From Octopus sinensis (Eukaryota): DNA of 64,000 bases. This document shows, one piece after another, positions 54,143-64,000 of the stretch; position 1 is the stretch's first letter, and each line of letters begins with the position of its first letter. The notes under the pieces were generated by a model, which was given only the letters and a program-made list of their open reading frames with translations, made no database searches and was not told the DNA's origin. The stretch is from the NCBI RefSeq assembly GCF_006345805.1, contig NC_043003.1, positions 8,432,001-8,496,000 on the forward strand, in the 5' to 3' direction. The position numbers and the translations under genes were made by a program.

Positions 54143-54717
54143 TGTGTGTTTATGCTTGTATACATATGTATGTATGTGTGTGTGTATAATTGTAAGATCC
54201 AAGGATTTATGTGTAGGACGTTTGTAAGCTTCGAGCAGTCCGTAGTAGGTATAAAAAAACAACGTTCAAGAACAATAATAATTTACTGGCGTCGAAGAGT
54301 GTAGATTTTTCCCATATCGAAATTCGAAAAGCTGAAAATGTTTTGTATAGATCGTGGTTAGCAATTACAGTTGCTATGAATGCGAATAAAAATCCAAATT
54401 GAGGGGAGGGAACAGGTAAAATACACAGGTAAAATTCAGGCTACGGTCCTAGCAGATCTACTGACGTAAGAATTACTCAACAAGGCGTACTCAATCAGCT
54501 AATCTACAGGCTGAAAATATTTTGATTATATTACATTGTCGTGTGGGAATCCCAAAGTTCCTAAATCCATCATCAATATTTCTATTCTTTCATAGCCTCA
54601 TCGTCAGTAAGAAGAGATGTTGGTGTGTATTACTGCCCCTTTATTTTATAAATAATAATCATGATTGATGAAGACATTGTAACCAAGGGTTTTTAGTTAT
54701 TAAAATTTTCATCTGTG

Positions 54718-55072
54718 CAGCTGGCAGAATCGTTAGCACGCCGAGGTCAACTTTGCCTTTCATCCTTTCGGGGTCGATTAAATAAGTACCAGTTACGCAC
54801 TGGGGCCCACATAATCGACTTAATCCGTTTGTCTGTCCTTCTTTGTCCTCTCTGTGTTTAGCCCCATGTGGGTAGTAAAGAAATAGGTATTTCGTATAGC
54901 GTTACGTTCTGAGTTCAAACTCGACCGAGGTCGACTTTGCCTTTCATCCTTTCGGGGTCGATTCAATAAGTACCAGTTACGCACTTGGGTCGACGTAATC
55001 GATCGAAACCCTTTGTCTGTCCTTGTTTGTCCCCTCTATGTTTAGCCACCTTTTGGGCAATAAAGAAATAAA
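54718..55072 (+). mobile_element. SINE family B dimer with internal deletion
   Basis: Two cores and two tails. Confidence 0.85.
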
Positions 55073-55520
55073 TACTTTCTCTGTGAGATATGAGGCGAGC
55101 TATCAGGATCGTTAGGACGCCGGACAAAACACTTAGTTATTTCCTGCATCTATACGCTGCTTTCGGGGTCATAAAAATGATTATCAATTCAACACTGAGG
55201 GAGATGTACTCAACTTACCCCTCCCCCCAAAATTGCTGGCCTCGTGCCAAAATTTGAAACCAATATTTTATGAGTGAAATGCTTCTCTTTTGTCTGTATT
55301 CCCTGCAACATATGCACTGCATGTTATATGAACTGTTTACTTCATCATTTAACAATGCTCTGTGTTTGTTAAACATATTTCTCCGTGTGTCTCTGTGCGT
55401 CTGTATGCTGTTATGTGCATGTGTGTGTCCGTGTATTCCTGTGCGCGAGCAATATATTCGCGCATATCAAAACATCTTCGTACAAACACACACACATTTT
55501 ATAAACTTAATAATCTGCAG

Positions 55521-55554
55521 GATGTTGTCGCTGCATCTGCAGTCACTGCCGACG
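55521..55554 (+). CDS. Candidate 34-nt exon (xCCRCICSHCRx)
   Basis: ctgcag| and |gtgagg; phase-compatible with 58737-58836. Confidence 0.25.
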
Positions 55555-56034
55555 GTGAGGGATGATGTTCATCAGTTGTCGATCTAATTTTTATCCATTT
55601 ATACGCTGACAATCGTTGAGAGTCAATGCTTCACTTTTAAATATTTCACAATATAAACGTTTATTGTGATGTCGATTTTGCATTTTCATTCGCGCGATGC
55701 GATGAATGGATATAATAAATTAAATTTATACTTCATACATCAGATCCAGCTGTTGAATTTCCAAGATTAAAGTTTGCAATAACCATGTAAAATTCCTAAC
55801 AATTTAGCCCTATTTCATCTAAAAGAAAGTATGGAAATTATAAAATATTCTTTATAGTTAATCTTCAAGCTAAAACACGTGGTTTTCAATTTCCTTCAGT
55901 GCCTAAAACGACCGCTTAATAAAATTCTCAATTTCCCATTTATCTAAAATAAAATACCTTTTGTACATATGAAGGCATCTGAAGTCAGCGGGAACGAGAA
56001 AGTCGACGACTATTGTGAAATGAAGTGTTGATGT

Positions 56035-56198
56035 TATCGATGATGATGATGATGATGATGATGATAATGATGGTGATGATGACGACGACGACGATGATAA
56101 TAAAAGCAATAGAAACACCACCAACAACAACGACAATAATAATAATAATGATAATAATAATGACAATGATAATAATGATAATGATAATAATAATAATG

Positions 56199-56235
<37 letters not shown>

Positions 56236-56246
56236 TAATAATAATA

Positions 56247-56293
<47 letters not shown>

Positions 56294-56310
56294 AGTAATG
56301 ATAATAATGG
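56035..56310. repeat. (GAT)n/(AAT)n trinucleotide tract
   Basis: Directly visible. Confidence 0.95.
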
Positions 56311-56929
56311 AGATTGGGAGGGAAATGATAAGGAAGATATGAAAGGAAGGCAAGATGAAAATAGCGGGATTTAGAGAATGGAACAAAAGAAAATGAAAGG
56401 CGGAAAGACAGAAATATTTCACAATATGTTTGAATAGATCAGAAATGATCTTTGAGAGAGTTTTCTCCCAAATAGACCCCAACTAATCATGAATATAAGA
56501 TCTCACTGCTTTATATCATCGATATTTTCATAAAAGTGAACGGCATCCCAATAATTTGCTGCAGAATCTAAACAGAAGGCAACTGAGCGAACAATTGAAA
56601 TCTGTTCGTATACATCTAAACAGATTGGCAATTGCTCACACAAATGCCGATACAAATGTTTCTGCAATCAGAATATTGCATATATATATACACAGGGCTT
56701 ACAAAATTCCAAGGTAGCAAACGAAGCTATCAAACAAAATTAGTCATTTTTCTGTAAGAAAAGGTAATTAGATACGGGGAGAAACTAAAAAGATTGGAAG
56801 CCACTAAAAAGCAAATTGCAATGAAGACCATTGTCTAACGGTCAGGGCTGTGAATTTTGTTTACACCTGAGGAAAGATCTGGCGTCTTTTCTGCTGCGAG
56901 AGAAGGGCAATCCTGTCCCTCATGGGAGG

Positions 56930-57392
56930 ATTCCGCATGGGTGTGTGAACTCGGATTCCTGTTGGACATTACTGGACATCTAAACGAACTGAACATCCAG
57001 CTGCTGGGTAAAGACGTCTTTGTACCTGACCTCTTCGCCCACGTGAAGGCATTCGAATGCAAACTTCGCCTGTGGAAGCATCAGTTCAACCAGAAGCTGA
57101 CGAAGAACAAGACAAGAGCACAGATTACAGACGCTCCTCTTCAAGACATTCTCCTCCTGGTCTCCTCGTCCATCAAACTGACTCTCTATCTCTTTCAAAG
57201 AATCACCAGCCTTCACATTAATCGTTTCACATTGTGATTACTGCAAGTCTTAATAAAGGTTCAATTTACATTTATTATCATTGATTTTGTGTGCTTGTTA
57301 TTTTTTGGGGTTGGGAGGGGGTGCGGCCCGCGAGGTGGCCTAGACGTGGCCCAGTGGCCCGCGACCTGGTTTAAGTTGCCGACGCCTAGTCT
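56930..57392 (+). mobile_element. hAT (Buster/Charlie, GTF2IRD2-like) transposase fragment with 3' end
   Basis: W.CELGFLLDITGHLNELNIQLLGK....PDLFAHVKAFECKLRLW; subterminal gcggcccgcg/tggcccgcg; TIR-like aagttgccgacgcct. Confidence 0.8.
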
Positions 57393-57665
57393 AACCGTAT
57401 AACAAATTCTAACGCATAGTTTACAAAGTTTGTGAAAAAGCTAAATTAAAACGAATCGTTATTAATTATTATTCTTTGCCACGTTAAACCATTTATATTT
57501 TATCTCAGACTATCAAAAACCTAATGTGCATATGTTGAGGTTGTAGGCGCTACAACCTAGAAACGAACTCAAATGTTCATGTCTAAAAGTTACTTCTATC
57601 CTTCACAGAACTGTTAGAGACATTTAAAAGAAAAACTCTTTGAAAAGCTGAATAACTAAGTTTCG

Positions 57666-58052
57666 GTGGAGGCGCAATGGCCCAGTGGTTAGGGCAGCGG
57701 ACTCGCGGTCATAAGATCGCGGTTTCGATTCCCAGACCGGGCGTTGTGAGTGTTTATTGAGTGAAAACACGTAAAAGCTCCACGAGGCTCCGGCAGGGGA
57801 TGGTAGTGATCCCTGCTGTACTCTTTCACCACAACTTTCTCTCACTCTTACTTCCTGTTTCTGTTGTACCTGTATTTCAAGGGGCCGGCCTTGTCACTCT
57901 CTGTGTCACGCTGAATATCCCCGAGAACTACGTTAAGGGTGCACGTGTCTGTGGAGTGCTCAACCACTTACACGTTAATTTCACGAGCAGGCTGTTCCGT
58001 TGATTCGGATCAACCGGAACCCTCATCGTCGTAACCGACGGAGTGCTTCCAC
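57666..58052 (+). mobile_element. SINE family C, full length with 12-bp TSD
   Basis: TSD aactaagtttcg; tRNA-like head tggcccagtggttagggcagcggac...ggtttcgattccc. Confidence 0.9.
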
Positions 58053-58107
58053 AACTAAGTTTCGAGAATATTCTAACCACTTTCATAATATATATATAAA
58101 TATGATA

Positions 58108-58480
58108 GCACAGGCGTGGCTGTGTGGTACGAAGCTTGCTTCCTAACGATACGGTCTCAGGTTCAGTTCCACTGCATGGCACCTTGGGCAAGTGGTTTTC
58201 GCTATAGTCACGCGTCGACCAGAGCCTTGTGAGAGAATTTGGTAAAAGGAATTAAAATAAAGCCGTCGTATATAAGTTTGTGTCCCTCACCACCGACTGA
58301 CAACCGCTGTTGGTGTGTTTGCATCCCCATAACTTTGTGTTTCGACACAAAAAACCGACAGTACAAGTACCGAGCTTCAAACTAATCAGCACAGGTGTCT
58401 ATTTTTTCGGCAAAAATTCTTCAAGGCGGTGCTGCAGCATGGCCGTAGTCTAATGACTGAAACAAGTAAACGAAAAGATA
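58108..58480 (+). mobile_element. SINE family A, diverged
   Basis: Head, core and tail match. Confidence 0.8.
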
Positions 58481-58736
58481 AAATAACAATCTAAATTCAA
58501 AAGGTTTTATTTTCGGAAATATAATTTTGCATCTTCGAACAGGACTAGAATCCTTTACAGAAGTTTCTTATCTAAATAATATCAATTCTTATCTTCTTCA
58601 ATCCCTATTCTAACAGAAACCAGGTTTTTAACAAAGAAGAAACTGAAAAGATTAATAAATAAAAAGGTTATTAAGATTTAGATATATCGGATAACGAAGA
58701 CTTACTGTCTTTACAAAACGTTATTTTACTTTTCAG

Positions 58737-58836
58737 GATTATAGTATCACTTTTACGTATAGCCATTCAGAAAGGTTTATCAACCGAACAAGAACGGATA
58801 TTGGCACAATTGCGAAACATCTTAGATAACATCTAA
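58737..58836 (+). CDS. Candidate terminal exon (IIVSLLRIAIQKGLSTEQERILAQLRNILDNI*), unknown product
   Basis: Strong acceptor ttattttacttttcag|, open frame to TAA, AATAAA at 58908-58913. Confidence 0.3.
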
Positions 58837-59175
58837 AATGAAGCTAACGTCAATCTTTTTTTTTTCCTTTGGAGAATATCAATTCCGTAATGATGTGGTT
58901 TAATCCCAATAAAAAAACTCAGAGCAGTGTTTTGTTGTATTTTCTAATCCATTTTGACACTATAAACTATTTGATTGTCGATCTCCTTTCATAAGATAAT
59001 GTTAACTTCGCTGACAATTCTTCACCATAACCACTTTTGTAATTCAAAACATTTTAAACGCTTGGGAATCTATTTTGCTTAATGACAATGTTATTTGGAA
59101 AAAGCTTTCTTTTGTTTATGTTCATGCTAGTATGAGCGCAAGAGGCATGGTGAGACGTGATGTTATGTAGGAATA

Positions 59176-59548
59176 CTAGCAGCATCGCCTGGCATTGTTC
59201 GGGTTTGTTTCGACCCTTTAGAATTGGAATTTTTGAAAAGTAAAAGTTTTGCATTATGTAGCTTGTTATTCTCTTTAAGTGGACATTTTTCTGGTTGAAA
59301 TACACCGTAAAATGGCGACACAGCAGTCAAAAAATCGTAAAAAATAGGGATTTTCATAGAAAAAAAGCACCTTTTTGATGTAAATAATTTTTGGTGCTAA
59401 CATAGTCCAATTTGAATTTTTTCTTCTAGGGAAGGAGGAGCAAGCCTTCTTCTATCATACTCTCGATAGGGTATCGGAGGAGATAGTGTTAGTTGAAGGC
59501 TACCAAACCTGCCATACACAGACAACTTCAGCTTTATATATTTAGAGA
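59176..59548 (-). mobile_element. Non-autonomous Helitron, paralog of 13931-14323
   Basis: Colinear homology; TC/CTAG ends. Confidence 0.85.
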
Positions 59549-60144
59549 TGTGTTACAAATTTTCTACACACTGTATTTTTTTTCATCAGCAGAAATATGT
59601 AGAAAGGTTGAAGGTTAGTACGCAGAATTTTAATCCCAAACTGCTGAAAATCTCTGAAAAAAACTCTATAAAATTTTCAAGAACTTAAAACTATGGAATT
59701 TAATCTATGCTCATCAGCGCACATTTTCACTTTCTGGGAAACCTCAAAAGTTACATTACATTGACAGAATCTCTAGTTAGACTTTTTTAAGAATGAATCT
59801 TCGCATATTTTCAACTTTTCCGCTAAGGAAATTATATTAAGTTAGGTATTACAATGACACATTGAAATGTAGTAGATCCCCTGAAAAAATTAGGTTTTTA
59901 TGAAGAGCTAATCTATCTAAAATTAAGCTAACTTGTTTCAAGAGATAATGAACATACTGGCAGTGCATGTCTTCACATATCTGTTATATTCCTAAAACGT
60001 ATGAACCAAATGCCAATTAAATGTTAATTAAAGAACATGATGCACTCAGGAAACGTTGGTTCTCTAAGAATGCTTGTTATATATCTAAATAGAGATATGA
60101 AATATTTGTTGCATAAACTCTGTTCTGCGTCTCAATAACTTGTA

Positions 60145-60460
<316 letters not shown>

Positions 60461-61350
60461 GTTCGTCCATAACACCACGGCTTTCCACCCGGTGTCGATT
60501 GATTTGTTCCCGTTCCATGACTTAATGGTTCGGCAACAGAGGATGATAGAATAAGCACCAGAATATTTTTTTGTAATCCAGGGTTGATTTGTTCGACTAC
60601 AACTCTTTAAGGCGGCGGCTCGGCATGGCCGCAACCCAATGACTGTGTAACAAGTAACAGATAAAAGATAAACGATAGAAGATAGAAGATAGTATTCATC
60701 CTATTTCATATCTCGATATAAAATTTAAAACATAAAAACTTTACATCTTGCAACGTTAAAAATAAGCATGAACTCTCTCAGTGCTTCTTTAGTTCTTTGT
60801 CGCTTTCTCTAAGGTTAAGATTCTCCAGCAGAAATGTTATAATCGAAAAAAAAAATGTTATAATCTTACTAACATTATATCATCTGAGACATTTAGATAT
60901 TTTCTAGCAATACTGATAAAATCATCACAAAGGAATCTGAATAAAAATACTGTAGCATATGTAAAGCTAGGCGGGTTTTATGATAAAGCATAATATAATT
61001 ATATATATATATATACGTTTACATATATAAATACATATAAATATATACATATATGTGTGTGTGTGTGTGTGTGTGTGCGTGCGTGTGTATGCAATGTATG
61101 CATGTATTTATATGTGTATGTATGAATGTACATACGTAAAAGTGGTTTTATCTATGCGGAATGTATATGTGTGAACTTTACATAAGTTGATAAGCGATAC
61201 ATCTTGATAAAATTCTACAATATATGTTCTAAAATGAGAGATATTTGAAATGCAATTTATTTTATTGTATAGGTGTAAGTGTACGCGTGTGCGTTTGTGT
61301 GCGCCAATAACATATACACACACGTAAACACACACACACACACACACGCG

Positions 61351-61383
<33 letters not shown>

Positions 61384-61400
61384 CACACACACACACACAC

Positions 61401-61469
<69 letters not shown>

Positions 61470-61475
61470 GTATAC

Positions 61476-61541
<66 letters not shown>

Positions 61542-61542
61542 G

Positions 61543-61743
61543 TACTTTATTTAAAAGCTACAGAAATGTAACAAAGGCTGTTACTCAGAGCCTCACGTTC
61601 CCGTTCGACGAATGGGAACGTTAAACTCTGAGTAACAGCTTTTGTTATATTTCTGCTGCTTTTAAATAAAGTATATTACTCTACCTCTGGTTTTTGAGTA
61701 CTCTTTTTTTCCACCTTGTTTCACATTTATATGCTTCCTCCGG
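61543..61743. mobile_element. Fold-back element with collapsed loop: ~63-bp arms (61543-61672) plus ~70-bp tail
   Basis: tactttatttaaaagc..cagaaat.taacaaa.gctgttactcagag / ctctgagtaacagcttttgttatatttctg..gcttttaaataaagta; (TA)n on both sides. Confidence 0.75.
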
Positions 61744-61947
61744 TATATATATATATATGTATATATAGGAGGATCAGTTAATCATGAATTTATTCAACGT
61801 TCCCCTCTCAGATTCACTCCTTGCAGCGGTCGTTCAGTTTTTCTAAGCCCTGTAAAAGAACTCGGAAAGGTGAGCTTCTAACCAGGTCTTTCGCGACACT
61901 CTTAAAACCAGGAACATTTTAGCACCTTCTCGTGTTTGTGTGTATGT

Positions 61948-61979
<32 letters not shown>

Positions 61980-61988
61980 ATACATATA

Positions 61989-62064
<76 letters not shown>

Positions 62065-62079
62065 TGTATGTATGTATGT

Positions 62080-62270
62080 AGGGAGAGTTTACGAAAAAAT
62101 CAAAAGACGAAGACAGGTGGTGTACAAAACAAACAGATGTATTAGTATAACGCCTAGGAATAGAAAAAGTCTTTTACGTTTCGAGCCTACGCTCTTCTAC
62201 AGAAAGGGACACAGAAAAAAAAAACAAGGAGAGAAACAAAATGTGTGTAGTGGCTACCGATCTATCATAC
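62080..62270 (-). mobile_element. pLTR-like repeat with variant hammerhead (62171-62206)
   Basis: cuuu-CUGUAGA-a-gagc.guag.gcuc-GAAA-cg-UA-aaag. Confidence 0.6.
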
Positions 62271-62355
62271 ATATATTTTTGTGCGCAACATATACACAAA
62301 CACTTATAATATAGTTATAAACAGATATACAGACAGTTAGGCACCTAGAGATATT

Positions 62356-62405
<50 letters not shown>

Positions 62406-64000
62406 AATTTTATCTTAAATTTGATATTTCAGTGTAAAGTTTTAAATGTTTTATAGAAATATAACCAAAGAATAATCATATTCATGTTAATAACAACAGT
62501 AATAACAACCATATCGTAATGATAGCAACACTAATGATCATAACAATGAAAGCAGCAACCACAACCACCACCACTACCACCACTACCACAACAACAACAA
62601 CAATAACAACAAAAGATACAATTGTAATACTAATGATTATATAACAGAATTCCTTCGAGTTATTAGGATAATTAATCTAGAGGTTACACTAATTACTTAG
62701 AACATTATACATACATATACAATAATATATATAGTTTTGTTTATATTATTCGGTTTAATTATGCTGTTATTGATGGTAATTTGCAATGCCTTCACAAATA
62801 TCTAAAATTCGTTATTTTGTAGCATCTTTTGTAGTTATTGTTTGTTATGTTAATAGATTCTTCGCGATTTTATTTACGCAAACGAAGCTGAAATAGTTTA
62901 TTCAAATCCAATCTATACTTCCGTAGTCATTATAATAATGAAACCACTCTAGAGTTAATTAAACAAGTCAAAGGCAAACTTAATTTGGCATAAGACTTTC
63001 TTTTCCTTTTTCTTTCATTTTATTATTTTATATTTTTATGTATTTTTGTTTTGTTTTGGTTATTTTATTCTGCTTTATTGCATTGCGTACGGCTGAGATT
63101 AATCTGATAAATGTATCTTAGTTTTGTCTGAAAATACGAAATCTCAGAATATACTTTTATTTATTTATTTTATTTGTGTTTGTCTTCTTATTAAAGTCTG
63201 CAATATTTTGGTCAACAAGAAAATAATAAAACTTCGTTGTTTGTTGTGAAAATCAATTAGCCCCATTTTTCAGGTCTGTAGAATTCAACAGCCTGTAGCA
63301 TCTAACCTCACCTCTATTGCTAAAACTACTTTAATTCAACATACACATATGTGCATATGAATATTAGCACACACACAAAAACGCATATAGACAAACACAC
63401 ATACACACGCACACGCATATAAAACTGCATACATAATATGGCGCCGTCGGCAACAAGTGTTCTCTTAGAGACTTCATTTAAAAATTTTGTTCTTCAGCTT
63501 TTTCTTTTACCATTGAATTGACCTAACCCGACCAACATTCGTAACATACATTTTCTTGTTATTTACATAAGAGAAACAGTTTTATAACTGAATATTTTAA
63601 TGTTATTTAGATTATATAAAATTATTTCCAGCTTGTGGAAATTCGCGGCAACAATCATGGTTGCCACTAGTAACAATAATACCATTTCTGTCATCAACAA
63701 TTCTACGAAATTTGTGAACTATCAAAACATTTAGATATGAACTATCAGAAAGTCCTTGAAAACCACATCAAGCACTTAAAATAATACTGGGTTTAACATA
63801 AACCCAAGCGCAATCCACTTCATAAATGATAGCAATGATGATTTTCGTCCTTCGTGAGGAAGCTGACCGACATACCGTCGACTTCGTCTCTATCATCACT
63901 ACCAAATTCTTATTTAAATTTTCTTTAGGCGATGTATCTACATTACGTATGATACACAAATGACTGTTATATAGCCCCGTGTAAAATTAATCTGAGAGAG

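Noticed and set aside
57666-57740. tRNA genes at SINE heads (also 14800-14862)
   Set aside because: A/B boxes run directly into SINE bodies; no intact cloverleaf or terminator

Overview
AT-rich, repeat-dominated animal genomic DNA with dense (TA)n/(CA)n/(GATA)n/(AAT)n/(GAT)n tracts. The SINE repertoire resembles Octopus/coleoid cephalopod families (inference from remembered consensus motifs, not searched). No confident host gene; only a few weak candidate exons. Recognisable elements: three tRNA-derived SINE families (>25 copies, several with TSDs), a 5'-truncated CR1/L2-group LINE (41.65-43.97 kb), an R4/Dong-like RLE LINE 3' end in (AAT)n, a Tx1/L1-like ORF1, mariner/Tc1 and hAT remnants, and six non-autonomous Helitrons. 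The most unusual signal is a class of (TA)n-embedded fold-back elements: long inverted arms, a hammerhead-ribozyme motif in the loop and a short tail. About ten hammerhead-like motifs occur in 64 kb, probably Penelope-like-element derived. One member (44023-44968) has an inner stem of ~82% GC that reads as ordinary AT-rich sequence converted by A>G/T>C transitions. This may be ADAR hyper-editing written back into the genome, but an assembly artefact must be excluded. Almost all ORF-track entries are microsatellite translations.
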